Under the pieces are notes generated by a model. The model saw nothing but the letters and a program-made list of their open reading frames with translations, made no database searches and was not told where the DNA came from. Both the position numbers and the translations under genes were made by a program. Positions 1 through 9,002 of a DNA stretch of 64,000 nt are shown one piece after another (the stretch's first letter is position 1; each line of letters opens with the position of its first letter). Origin of the DNA: a virus (lineage: Duplodnaviria; Heunggongvirae; Uroviricota; Caudoviricetes); the IMG/VR virus record IMGVR_UViG_3300047483_000428; one strand, given 5' to 3'.

Positions 1-369
1 CAATCCAAACGTGGAAATACATTTCTCACAACCTTCACACGGTTTTGCAATACCATACACAATCTTATTGCTGGTGGAACTTTTCTGTTTTGCACGAATG
101 ATAAACAAATCACATTTTGCAAGTTGGTCCACAGAAATACGTTTCAGCGCATTTTTGATTGCATCGGTTTCGGCATGAAGATAAATCGCATCTTCATTCT
201 TTTGATACGGAATGATGAAAGGATGTGACTTGAGTTGATTGAAGCCGTAGCTTATGATTTGATTTTTGTGAACAACGGCTGCAACAATCTTTGCATTACC
301 AGTAGCCTCATGGTCGCTGGCAAGAATAAACAACGTATCTACAATCTTACTTTGCTTATGGGTTAGCAT
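1..369 (-). CDS. dCMP/cytidine deaminase family protein (partial; N-terminal part, continues past window start)
   Basis: Minus-strand translation from the ATG at 369 gives MLTHKQSKIV...IYLHAETDAIKNA...IAKPCEGCEKC. It carries the HAE and PCxxC zinc-binding motifs of CDA-fold deaminases. The ORF is still open at position 1. Confidence 0.55.
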   Translation of the reverse strand, partial: MLTHKQSKIVDTLFILASDHEATGNAKIVAAVVHKNQIISYGFNQLKSHPFIIPYQKNEDAIYLHAETDAIKNALKRISVDQLAKCDLFIIRAKQKSSTSNKIVYGIAKPCEGCEKCISTFGL

Positions 370-541
370 GTTCGCATTTCTTTAGAAGATACTGATAAGC
401 GAAATCATTGGTAGAAAGAGGCTCTGGGTCCATTCCAAGAGATAACGATGCGTTCCATACATCAAAACCCAAAAGTGCAAGATGGGCTGCTTGCCAATCT
501 TGCAACAAATGGACCTCATTGTCTACGAGATAAAGATACAA
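356..541 (-). CDS. hypothetical small protein
   Basis: 61 aa minus-strand ORF in the gene-dense run; no recognisable motif. Confidence 0.3.
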   Translation of the reverse strand: MYLYLVDNEVHLLQDWQAAHLALLGFDVWNASLSLGMDPEPLSTNDFAYQYLLKKCEHANP

Positions 542-544
542 TGG

Positions 545-730
545 TTAGTCGCCCATACACTCGCCGGGTTCAACCACGCAACGCTGTTCATACATATTCC
601 AATAGTATTGGTCAACATCAATCTTCCAACGTGCTACTTCCTCACGATTAGTTGTTGCAACAACAATAACGACAATCACAAGAGTAGCAGCAACTGAAAC
701 CAGAATATCACGGATGGTTTGAAGAGTCAT
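545..730 (-). CDS. hypothetical small membrane protein
   Basis: 61 aa with a hydrophobic segment VSVAATLVIVVIVVA. Confidence 0.3.
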   Translation of the reverse strand: MTLQTIRDILVSVAATLVIVVIVVATTNREEVARWKIDVDQYYWNMYEQRCVVEPGECMGD

Positions 731-740
731 TTTATTTTCC

Positions 741-923
741 TTATGCTAAGAGGATGAGGTAAGCGATTGATGCAATCATAAAGAGAAACAGAAGCACCGA
801 AACACTGATTGCGACATTGGCAATGAGTTTTTTATGCCAACGTATCGGCGGCTTTTCTTTTTTGGGTTTTTTACCGAAGATAGCTCGGACCAGTCCACGA
901 AATCGCATATTTACCTTCCACAA
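741..923 (-). CDS. hypothetical small membrane protein
   Basis: 60 aa with a basic N-terminus and a C-terminal TM; overlaps the 3' end of 871..1209, so uncertain. Confidence 0.25.
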   Translation of the reverse strand: MWKVNMRFRGLVRAIFGKKPKKEKPPIRWHKKLIANVAISVSVLLFLFMIASIAYLILLA

Positions 924-1209
924 TGTTGCCCCGTGCAGCGTTCCGTGCGGGAGTGGCCCACGATGCTGCTTTCAGGATGTCACCTTTTTTGAACTTCTTA
1001 TCACCTTCATCTTTCACGATGAAGCCCCACACCGAACCGCCTTTGGTGATTTTGATGTATTTGGAGCCTTCAACTACAACGAGGGAGTCATTGAAGTCTT
1101 CAACCATTTCAGAAAGGATTTCGTTCAGTTCCCGCGTTCCGTTCCGAGTCGTCCATTTGAGGTAGTCTGCCTTGATGGCACTCAGGAGTTCTTCAACTTT
1201 GTCAAGCAT
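871..1209 (-). CDS. hypothetical protein
   Basis: 112 aa ORF immediately downstream of a promoter-motif copy at 1239..1267. Confidence 0.5.
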   Translation of the reverse strand: MLDKVEELLSAIKADYLKWTTRNGTRELNEILSEMVEDFNDSLVVVEGSKYIKITKGGSVWGFIVKDEGDKKFKKGDILKAASWATPARNAARGNIVEGKYAISWTGPSYLR

Positions 1210-1257
1210 GTCTTCTTCTCTCTCTTGGCTACAGATTACTTATAGAGTGATTCGCAG

Positions 1258-1406
1258 TATTTGTCAAGCACTTTTTGGATAAAGATTTGAAAGAACTCTC
1301 CATTCTCCGTTGAGAAGGAGTTCAACCTTCACACCGAGTGACTCAGCATAATGAAACGCACAAGAAAGATCACTGAACTCCATTCGGCCAGCGCGGTATT
1401 TCATGA
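1258..1406 (-). CDS. hypothetical small protein (about 49 aa, below ORF-track cutoff)
   Basis: Hand translation gives MKYRAGRMEFSDLSCAFHYAESLGVKVELLLNGEWRVLSNLYPKSA. An AAGGGA RBS precedes the ATG, and the ORF lies between two promoter-motif copies. Confidence 0.3.
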
Positions 1407-1455
1407 CAGTCCCTTTGTTTTTACAGGATAGTTATATACTGATTCGTTGATATTG

Positions 1456-1635
1456 TCAACCGTCTAAACCACTGTCTTGGTATGGCCAAGATAAATTATG
1501 GTAAACTTCATTCAGAAGTTCGTTGACTTCTTGAATACTGATGGTTTCAAAGTCATCACCAGATATGTTTTTCACGTATTCAAGCAACTCACTTGGAACA
1601 TCGCCCAAGGATTCAAAGTTATACTTCTTCATCAT
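1456..1635 (-). CDS. hypothetical small acidic protein
   Basis: The 82 aa ORF probably starts at the internal MMKKYNF, which has an AAGAGGA RBS. Confidence 0.35.
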   Translation of the reverse strand: MMKKYNFESLGDVPSELLEYVKNISGDDFETISIQEVNELLNEVYHNLSWPYQDSGLDG

Positions 1636-1843
1636 AACGCAGAATATCCTCTTGCCACTTGCCATCCTTGAGAGTTTTACGAGTTTTGATAAACCCGTTG
1701 TCAATCAGATTTTGAATAGTGGAATCGATAATGTGCGGAGCAAGAGCACGTGCTTTGCCTACACCTTTCATATAACCGAGAAGAAAAATAAGGAGTCCAA
1801 TACCAACTCCAATCCAGCCGTTCACATCCGAAAAGTATTCCAT
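1619..1843 (-). CDS. hypothetical membrane protein
   Basis: 74 aa with one TM, GWIGVGIGLLIFLLGY. Confidence 0.4.
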   Translation of the reverse strand: MEYFSDVNGWIGVGIGLLIFLLGYMKGVGKARALAPHIIDSTIQNLIDNGFIKTRKTLKDGKWQEDILRYDEEV

Positions 1844-1889
1844 CTGTTTCTCCTTTATGAGTTGAAGATAGTATGATTCGTATAGTTTG

Positions 1890-2489
1890 TCAAGTAGTTT
1901 CTGTAAATGTTCGTATAATATCTATCACATCGTTAGAATACAAAACATCATAATGGTCTTCATCTATCAAAATATAATCAATGTCTGAGCGGTTCATCAT
2001 ACTGTTTTTTGTGACCACACCATCATTAGGCAACACATGTATTGGATGGTGTCCACTTGTGGTTACTATTTGTGTCCAAGGTATGTCAATATCAATCAGC
2101 TTTGATGAATATATAGGGGGACTTGCGGGGCAAATATCTCTGAATAACTGATAAGATGGAAACATTTGTCTAAAAAATAATGCAAGAGCAGACCCACCAT
2201 ATGGCGTAGATATGGTTATTGCCCCTGCAACGTTTCTTTTTAGTTGATGATACAGGTGAACACTATAGATTCCACCCAATGAGTGAGCAACGAAGAATAT
2301 ATTTTTTAGATGAGAAATCTCATCTTTCATTCGTTCCAAGTTATTTGCAAATGAGTTTCTACTATCGTAATCAAGTAGAGTGTATTGTTGTGGCTGTAAG
2401 TGAGTTATAATATGCGTCCAACAAGAAGGCGATTGATTTGCTCCATGTATGAATACAAGATGTGGAATCGTTGTTAGTTCTGCTGCCAT
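1890..2489 (-). CDS. alpha/beta-hydrolase fold protein (esterase/lipase-like)
   Basis: GxSxG nucleophile elbow AHSLGG with an upstream HG oxyanion motif (FIHGANQS). Confidence 0.6.
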   Translation of the reverse strand: MAAELTTIPHLVFIHGANQSPSCWTHIITHLQPQQYTLLDYDSRNSFANNLERMKDEISHLKNIFFVAHSLGGIYSVHLYHQLKRNVAGAITISTPYGGSALALFFRQMFPSYQLFRDICPASPPIYSSKLIDIDIPWTQIVTTSGHHPIHVLPNDGVVTKNSMMNRSDIDYILIDEDHYDVLYSNDVIDIIRTFTETT

Positions 2490-2495
2490 ACTATC

Positions 2496-2831
2496 TCACT
2501 GTTTGTCTATAACCTTTTCCAACTTTATGAACTCAATGCGATGGTTTGGAACGTATCTCCAAATAGTTTTTTCGTCTCGTTCAATCTCAAATATTGTTTC
2601 TTTTAGACTTATAGATATAACAGTTGCTGGTTCTCCGTCAACATATACGTTGTCACCAGGAGAAAACGCAGGGTTACGTAAAAATGACCATCCTTTTGCA
2701 AAGTTGGTTGCTGTCTCTTTTAGCCATATAGTAACAAAGATTGAAATAAGTAACGCCACCCACGGCATCGCAGCTTCAGTCAAAGTTGTTGCAAATATAT
2801 CAAGGTCGCCCATGTCTTCTCTCCCGCTCAT
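2496..2831 (-). CDS. hypothetical membrane protein
   Basis: 111 aa with an N-terminal TM, WVALLISIFVTIWL. Confidence 0.45.
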   Translation of the reverse strand: MSGREDMGDLDIFATTLTEAAMPWVALLISIFVTIWLKETATNFAKGWSFLRNPAFSPGDNVYVDGEPATVISISLKETIFEIERDEKTIWRYVPNHRIEFIKLEKVIDKQ

Positions 2832-2868
2832 TAGTATTTATCTACTGGCAGAAAAGAAATAAGCATGG

Positions 2869-3321
2869 TTATTTTGTAAGTAAAATTTTCATTGCTTCAT
2901 ATTGTTCCCATGCATCTTGTAGGGCTGGATGTTGCTTGCGAAGTTTTTCTTCGTCATACCTTTCACGCATGGTTGCATCGTAATATTTTTGCCGTGTTGA
3001 AATACCGTCATAATCACTGTTGCTTGAAATATGGCGAAAACGATCTTGTTCACAGTAATCCAAATAGTCAAGTAGATTATATAGTGCATATTCAGTCATA
3101 TTGACGCTTACAGTTTTTACTTTTTTGGCTTTTTTGGCATGGTATGCATCCGCATCCATTGATGCCGTGTATAAAAATTCCGTATTTCTCATGTCATATG
3201 CATAACCAGAATCTTGAACTCTGGCATCATATCGGCGTTCAAACTTTTCAATCTTTTGTTCAAAAATCATTATATACCTCCATAATAGGTATATAATATC
3301 AGTTTTTTGCTTCTTTGTCAA
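2869..3321 (-). CDS. hypothetical protein
   Basis: 150 aa, Tyr/Asp-rich; no motif recognised. Confidence 0.45.
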   Translation of the reverse strand: MTKKQKTDIIYLLWRYIMIFEQKIEKFERRYDARVQDSGYAYDMRNTEFLYTASMDADAYHAKKAKKVKTVSVNMTEYALYNLLDYLDYCEQDRFRHISSNSDYDGISTRQKYYDATMRERYDEEKLRKQHPALQDAWEQYEAMKILLTK

Positions 3322-3391
3322 TCATGGAATTGACAAGTTGAATGTATGCATATCTCAGTATACGCAATCGTTCTTTATGTTTCAATCGTTG

Positions 3392-4522
3392 TTACCTGTA
3401 TTTTTTGAATATTGGGTGGACTTCCAATAGCTTCGTGTTACGTGAAGTATCAAGTCTGTCGTTGATGGAAAAGAATTTAGAAAAATCAGCTTCTTCATTT
3501 GTAATAGATTGTAATATACTCAACAGTCTATTTACAGTATCATAGTCATTTTGATTTAGGCAATTTACTTCTTTTATTTTATCTATTTGAGTAGCCATTT
3601 CATAGTTACTCCATTGATCTATTTTTAGATATTCTGGAGAATGTATTTTATCAAAGTATAAAAACCATTTAGGGAACTGAGAAGAAAAGTAACTATATAT
3701 ATCAAATACTCTATAAACGTTCAACACATTTATCACGGTGTGTATAGCAAATTTCATATTATCAAAACAGAGTTCCTCGTATTTTTTCATATTTGAAATT
3801 ACGACATCGAAGTTGCCATCAGTTCTGAAATAATTATAATGCTCAGTTATATCATCGACTGATACAATTAGATGGATTTGTTTTGCTTTTCGCAGTGAAT
3901 TCAAAATACTATCGGTCGGTAATACAGACCCATTTGTTACTATCTCAATAGAAATGTTCTGTATTAGATTATTATCATCCAGCATATGAATTAGCTTACC
4001 AAATGATTTAGACAATATTGGCTCACCGCCTAATATCTTTATTTTTTCAATGTTTTTTAGAGAATGAAAATCAATTGATGATATATCTGGTTCTTGTAGT
4101 ATTCGGTCTGGAACCCAATTTCCAAGCATAATGTCATCTTGTTTCCACCGACTACTACTTGCCGTTTTACAATGTCTACATTTCATATTACAATGATTAC
4201 TGAACGCAATTTCAATACTTGTTATGTCAGAGTTTGGGTCACCAGTTATTTTTTGGTGCTGTAACATGTAATTATGAAACTGACGCATACTGGTTGCGCC
4301 ACTATCTTCTTCGTTCCAGCAATGGTAGCAACCTTCATCACGAATGCCGTTTTTTAAGTTTTCTCTAACTGAAACCAAGTATGGGTCATTGAATGTTTCT
4401 GTAATAGTTTTACCATCCAGAAACAGTCTTTTATCGTGAAGTGGAGAATACCTACAGCAAGGATTCACCTCACCCATAGTATTGATAGCAAGGTGTGTTT
4501 CACTCAGCAAGCATCGTGTCAT
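3392..4522 (-). CDS. radical SAM domain protein
   Basis: CxxxCxxC cluster motif SNHCNMKCRHC, preceded by an extra Cys-rich N-terminal region (NPCCRY, GCYHCW). Length is 376 aa. Confidence 0.65.
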   Translation of the reverse strand: MTRCLLSETHLAINTMGEVNPCCRYSPLHDKRLFLDGKTITETFNDPYLVSVRENLKNGIRDEGCYHCWNEEDSGATSMRQFHNYMLQHQKITGDPNSDITSIEIAFSNHCNMKCRHCKTASSSRWKQDDIMLGNWVPDRILQEPDISSIDFHSLKNIEKIKILGGEPILSKSFGKLIHMLDDNNLIQNISIEIVTNGSVLPTDSILNSLRKAKQIHLIVSVDDITEHYNYFRTDGNFDVVISNMKKYEELCFDNMKFAIHTVINVLNVYRVFDIYSYFSSQFPKWFLYFDKIHSPEYLKIDQWSNYEMATQIDKIKEVNCLNQNDYDTVNRLLSILQSITNEEADFSKFFSINDRLDTSRNTKLLEVHPIFKKYR

Positions 4523-5343
4523 TTGTTTCCATAAATTTTAGAAAGTGTAGATGGTCCTGCGACTCCATCCGCTGCCAACCCATTGTTGAGTTGAAATCTC
4601 ATCACTGCTTCTTTTGTTGCAGGACCAAAGTTTCCGTCTGCAACTAGTCCAAGTGCTTGCTGTAGCTTTACAACATCATTTCCAGTTGAACCAAGTTTTA
4701 GTGTTGTAGATTTTGATTCTGAAATTTTCCCACCCAAAACAGAAAGTGCTTTGTTGTAATATTTCATTCTGTCTTCAAGACCGTTGAACCCGCCATTGAT
4801 ACGTCTGGTAAGAGCTTTCATGTCTTGTGCATCTGCCAGTGCGTTCAGATTATTTTTTGCCCAAAACCAGCAAGCAGATTCAATCGCACCTTCTTTGGTT
4901 TCAAGATATGAGATTGCTTGGTCTATAGTCATGTTCACAGACTTGGCAAAAGCTGTGTAATTATCTTTTCCGGTGAGTTGTATCAACCCACGACCACGAT
5001 GTTTCCAGCCATCATTTGGCTCAGTGTTACCCATGCGACCAGCATATACTATGTTCGCAATCTTCTCTGGTTGACGAGCATATGCGTTTGCATCACGACC
5101 AGCATTGACAAAATACTTTGGAAATACTCTGTTCAAACCGTCTGCGGAATAGATCAAATTTTCTTGAACGACCGTGAATTGACCGCTCTCATGAGCACAC
5201 TGTGCGAGGAAAGCAGCAACTCTAAGTGGCGAAGTAATATCGTATTTTGGTAATATTTTAGATAGTGGGTCATACCAAGAACCAGCATCTTTATTGTTTG
5301 AAAGTATAGAACACAATTGTTCTTTTGTTATAGGCAATGACAT
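4519..5343 (-). CDS. endolysin: GH19 (chitinase-like) lysozyme domain plus C-terminal peptidoglycan-binding repeats
   Basis: GH19 catalytic signature AAFLAQCAHESG. The C-terminus has tandem PG_binding_1-like repeats (LQQALGLVADGNFGPATKEAV and NNGLAADGVAGPSTL). Confidence 0.8.
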   Translation of the reverse strand: MSLPITKEQLCSILSNNKDAGSWYDPLSKILPKYDITSPLRVAAFLAQCAHESGQFTVVQENLIYSADGLNRVFPKYFVNAGRDANAYARQPEKIANIVYAGRMGNTEPNDGWKHRGRGLIQLTGKDNYTAFAKSVNMTIDQAISYLETKEGAIESACWFWAKNNLNALADAQDMKALTRRINGGFNGLEDRMKYYNKALSVLGGKISESKSTTLKLGSTGNDVVKLQQALGLVADGNFGPATKEAVMRFQLNNGLAADGVAGPSTLSKIYGNK

Positions 5344-5389
5344 ATGCGCCTCCTATGCTTGATATGATATTTATCATATTAGCATCCGA

Positions 5390-5632
5390 TTATGCGTATG
5401 TCATTGCGAATACCGCAGCATCAAACTCGGTATCAAATCTTATCTTTCGTTCTCTATTATATTGAATGACTGTAGCGCCGTTGTCAAATAGCCAGTTTTC
5501 AAACTCTTGGCAGACTTTATGCGCTCTCCATTGTGAAGAATACAAGGCTCCACGATACTGAACCCCGTTGCGCTCCATCCACTTTTCCCATATGTCATCT
5601 AACACATGACTTTCAAGTAGTATCGCCATCAT
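5390..5632 (-). CDS. hypothetical protein
   Basis: 80 aa ORF; Trp-rich. Confidence 0.4.
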   Translation of the reverse strand: MMAILLESHVLDDIWEKWMERNGVQYRGALYSSQWRAHKVCQEFENWLFDNGATVIQYNRERKIRFDTEFDAAVFAMTYA

Positions 5633-6269
5633 ATACCCAAGGGTTTTCTACTTCGTTTATCAATACTGCTTCATAAATCTTTTTGATTTTTACATGTTGA
5701 AGCATCATCGCAGCATAAGAAACTTGCTCATAGGTTTCAAAATATATTGGTTCCGTAGAGTAAATAGAAATTGTATACGGCGTCCATTTTCCGTTGTCTT
5801 TGACATTTAGGGTATCCATGACATCAGTTACAGATTGTGTTGCTGCGTCTCTGTCATTATAGCTTTGGCAAGCAATCATCATCTTGTAACGATACATGCC
5901 ATGATAAAGACCTTTGCGAAGTTCTGCGTTAGTGTTCAATCCACCATACACAGAACTCAAATCTTTACGATAAGGAACAGTGGCTTCTTCTATGAACTGT
6001 GCATAGTTCTCGCACAAATACTGGAAAACATATTCGTCTTCCAAGAAATAAGAATGACACATTTCAACACGAGTTTTATAATCAACTGCCTCTTTTTTCA
6101 AATACCAATCTACATTCTTGAAAGCAGCACGAATGTCTTTGTATCGCTCATTATATTCGTCGCTATCATAACTGTTTCCATTATGATATGCATAATACGA
6201 TGGGCTTTGAAATTTTATGCGATAGGGATACTTATTAAAGTATAGCTTTATTGTTTCTGTTTTTTTCAT
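5613..6269 (-). CDS. hypothetical protein
   Basis: 218 aa ORF in an operon-like run. Confidence 0.5.
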   Translation of the reverse strand: MKKTETIKLYFNKYPYRIKFQSPSYYAYHNGNSYDSDEYNERYKDIRAAFKNVDWYLKKEAVDYKTRVEMCHSYFLEDEYVFQYLCENYAQFIEEATVPYRKDLSSVYGGLNTNAELRKGLYHGMYRYKMMIACQSYNDRDAATQSVTDVMDTLNVKDNGKWTPYTISIYSTEPIYFETYEQVSYAAMMLQHVKIKKIYEAVLINEVENPWVYDGDTT

Positions 6270-6626
6270 TTACCATACCGTTGCAAAAAATAAAGCATCA
6301 TCATTATCCTCAAACATAAAAAGTGGTCCCGCAACATAAAATGGAGATTTGCAGTTATCTTTGCACCATTCAATCATTTCTTTGCGAGTAGCAGAATTAG
6401 AATCCAAATAGACAGGAGTATATCCCATATTTTTGTATTCGTTGACTTCTTTGATTTGTTGTTTCAAATATTCAATCATCATTGACTGACTATTTGATTT
6501 ACCATTTGACCTGCCACTTGTAACAATAGACATTTCTCCTGCCTTCACTCCGTAGCTGTTGTTCATCAGCTTTTTTAGCACAATGTTTTTCAGCGCAATA
6601 CTTACGTCAGTTTTCATGGTCCCCAA
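6270..6626 (-). CDS. hypothetical protein
   Basis: 118 aa ORF. Confidence 0.5.
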   Translation of the reverse strand: MGTMKTDVSIALKNIVLKKLMNNSYGVKAGEMSIVTSGRSNGKSNSQSMMIEYLKQQIKEVNEYKNMGYTPVYLDSNSATRKEMIEWCKDNCKSPFYVAGPLFMFEDNDDALFFATVW

Positions 6627-6919
6627 CTCACAAAATCAACTTGTTCTGCCACAAATAGCATACGAGTGAACTCATCTTCATCAAACTCCGTGTTGTAGTC
6701 TCGTGACTTGATAACCCGAATAGGTTCATCATTCACTTGAAGCCAAACTTTATCTGCATTTTGCGCTCTGCCCATACTAGCATCGGAAAATGCAAAACCC
6801 TCATCATTGAATAGTCTTGGGTGTTTCACTGTCATTTGAGCAAGAGGCAAGCCAAAATGCTCGGCAACATGATGTGAATATCGATACCAGTATCTTACTG
6901 TTGCGTTCTCATAAATCAT
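6614..6919 (-). CDS. hypothetical protein
   Basis: 101 aa ORF; its start overlaps the upstream stop. Confidence 0.45.
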   Translation of the reverse strand: MIYENATVRYWYRYSHHVAEHFGLPLAQMTVKHPRLFNDEGFAFSDASMGRAQNADKVWLQVNDEPIRVIKSRDYNTEFDEDEFTRMLFVAEQVDFVSWGP

Positions 6920-6979
6920 AGTATACTCAGGTTGATGCTTTACTCTACATTTATATATGATTTCTAAATGGTTGTCAAT

Positions 6980-7005
6980 AAAAAAACGCCCCGAAGGGCG
7001 TTTTG
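6980..7005. terminator. bidirectional rho-independent terminator
   Basis: Hairpin CGCCCCGAAGGGCG with an A-run on one side and a T-run on the other; lies downstream of the minus-strand gene 7270..7833. Confidence 0.6.
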
Positions 7006-7269
7006 GTGAGAAGAAAAGTAAGTAACAGACACAGCAATCAACAACGGCCTATACGCCACTCAAGCAATACGCAATCTACAATCTGCAATCAAACCCTAAT
7101 ACCGACCATCAAAATGCAAGTCCGTTGGAATATCGGATAATAATGTCGGAACATGGCAGAAAAGAATGCAAAACCTTGCTTTCATATGAACGTTTTTGTA
7201 ACTTGACAGTTACGAGTCTGTCCTAATCTCTTTCCTTCTCCAAGAGGAACCCAAAGGTTCCTCTATTTC

Positions 7270-7833
7270 TTACAGCACAGATGCTTCCCGTAGAACGGCG
7301 AGTGCATCGTCCGATAGTTCAATCTGAACGCGCACGTTCAGTTCAAGGAGTTCGTCCTGAATAGCTTGCTTGCGAAGTTTCAGTTCAGCAAGGCGGTTTT
7401 TGATTTCCGAAAGTTCGGCTTCATCAAAAATAGATGTGCGAATTTCTTCGTCAAAGCGACCATAAGGGTCAGCCTCACGTCCCTTGATTTTGCCAATCTT
7501 ACCGATTAGCACATCATGGGGAACCGCTGGTGCGATTCCAGAAATACGCTTCATAAGCACAATCTCTTTTTCAAGACGTGCAACCGCAGCAAGGCGGGCA
7601 GAAATGCCATGTGCTTCGTTCTGTGAGCCAACAGCAACACGAATGTCGTAAAGAACATTCAGAAGTTGGTCACGAGTTGCAAGAGCAGCACCGAACTTGC
7701 TTTTTGCAAGGCTGATTTTGTCCGTAGGACGTTCAAACTCATTGATTGAAACTTCTGTAACCAATGGAAGTGCATTGATTGCATCGTTTACTGCACGTTG
7801 AATAGCGTCTGCTTTGCGTAGAGAGATTTTCAT
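7270..7833 (-). CDS. hypothetical coiled-coil protein
   Basis: The ORF track starts at 7869, but a GAGGAAA RBS precedes the internal ATG for MKISLRK at 7833. Confidence 0.5.
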   Translation of the reverse strand: MKISLRKADAIQRAVNDAINALPLVTEVSINEFERPTDKISLAKSKFGAALATRDQLLNVLYDIRVAVGSQNEAHGISARLAAVARLEKEIVLMKRISGIAPAVPHDVLIGKIGKIKGREADPYGRFDEEIRTSIFDEAELSEIKNRLAELKLRKQAIQDELLELNVRVQIELSDDALAVLREASVL

Positions 7834-7885
7834 TTCATTTCCTCGTTTGATTATTTTACTAATATACATGTAAGTGGTTGATTTG

Positions 7886-8074
7886 TCAAGGTTTTTTTTG
7901 AAGTTCAGCTATTTTTTCTTTTGCATCCAACACGTTGTGTAATGCGAAATCAAGAAGATAATCTCCTTGTAATGGGTTGCCATTGTTGTGTTCCAAATAC
8001 AAACGTAGATTTGATATGGCAGTCTCCACATAATCTTCTACTGTATTTTTTGTTGCTAATGCAAACAGACCCAT
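7886..8074 (-). CDS. hypothetical small protein
   Basis: 62 aa ORF. Confidence 0.35.
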   Translation of the reverse strand: MGLFALATKNTVEDYVETAISNLRLYLEHNNGNPLQGDYLLDFALHNVLDAKEKIAELQKKP

Positions 8075-8091
8075 ATTGTTTTCCTTGAAAA

Positions 8092-8168
8092 TGGTGCCCC
8101 CGGCAGGATTCGAACCCGCAACAGTCGGTTTCGAAGACCGATGCTCTATCCAGTTGAACTACAGAGGC
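8092..8168 (-). tRNA. tRNA-Arg (anticodon TCG)
   Basis: 77 nt cloverleaf: D-arm TAGTTCAACTGGATAGAGCA, anticodon arm TCGGT-CTTCGAA-ACCGA, T-arm GGGTTCGAATCC, 3' CCA encoded. Confidence 0.75.
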
Positions 8169-8174
8169 GTTATT

Positions 8175-8807
8175 TTAGTATAGACGATTTTCAACGTCAA
8201 AAGTGGTGATTGGACCTTTTTTGCCTTTCTCATAAACCCCAACACAAAGTCGGTTTGAGTAGAATGCTCCACAATCCAAGTTACAACGATTTATCGCAAA
8301 AATAGGACCATCGCCATGCGGGGTGTGACCATGGTTCAAATACATAGTCGGATGGTCAAATGATGCATACCTACCACGTCTGCGCCAAATCATTGCGTGT
8401 TCAAGTTGCTGGCGTTCCTCAAGATGTTCATCCCAGTCGGCATGAACAAATATATTTTCATCTTCGATGTGATAGATTTTTAGTTTGTTGATCCAACGCA
8501 ATACTTCGTCGTCAATAAGTCCACCAAAACTATCCAGAACCTTTGGGTCATATAACTGATTAGATGAGCACCAATCATACATCAACATATCTTCATGGTT
8601 GCCTTTGAGGCAAATGTATTCCCAACCAGCAGGAGGAACATCCATTAGATAGCGGACAACACCACCACTGTCTGGGCCACGGTCAACATAATCACCAAGG
8701 AAAATAATCTTTCCAGAATCTTGGCGTGAGAATATTTCCTTTAGTGCAAGATCAAGTAAATCTTTTCTTCCATGTATATCTGGTATTGCGTAATATATTT
8801 CACTCAT
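8175..8807 (-). CDS. serine/threonine protein phosphatase (calcineurin-like metallophosphoesterase, lambda-PPase-like)
   Basis: Motifs DIHG, GDYVDRG, GNHE and a His-rich C-terminal region. Confidence 0.8.
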   Translation of the reverse strand: MSEIYYAIPDIHGRKDLLDLALKEIFSRQDSGKIIFLGDYVDRGPDSGGVVRYLMDVPPAGWEYICLKGNHEDMLMYDWCSSNQLYDPKVLDSFGGLIDDEVLRWINKLKIYHIEDENIFVHADWDEHLEERQQLEHAMIWRRRGRYASFDHPTMYLNHGHTPHGDGPIFAINRCNLDCGAFYSNRLCVGVYEKGKKGPITTFDVENRLY

Positions 8808-8826
8808 AATGAATCTTTCTAAATAT

Positions 8827-8983
8827 TGGTCAAGTGGGAAGGACTTGAACCTTCAACTGAATCGCAGCTTACACATACTCTTGCAAATGGGTTCGTCTCG
8901 AGCCTACTACCATCCACTCAATGTGCCTCACTGAAACTCCACGGCCCCTAATGCCGCTGCGTCTACCATTTCGCCACCACTCG
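8827..8983 (-). tRNA. interrupted tRNA-Leu(TAG)-like gene (about 157 nt; canonical 5' half and 3' T-arm/acceptor separated by an approx. 75 nt insert)
   Basis: 5' part CGAGTGG-TG-GCG-AAATGGTAGA-CGC-A-GCGGC-ATTAGGG-GCCGT carries a Leu-type D-arm and anticodon loop. 3' part is GAAGGTTCAAGTCCTTC-CCACTTG-A-CCA. The insert contains a partial duplicate of the 5' half. Confidence 0.35.
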
Positions 8984-9002
8984 TAAGACGATTTTGAGAA
9001 AG

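Noticed and set aside
817-1245. 142-aa plus-strand ORF
   Set aside because: It is antisense to 871..1209 and to the promoter/RBS region. Every supported gene in the window is minus-strand.
7198-7235. Plus-strand sigma70-like promoter (TTGACA..N15..TAATCT)
   Set aside because: The spacer is only 15 bp and it would transcribe antisense into minus-strand genes. More likely it is part of a palindromic binding site than a promoter.
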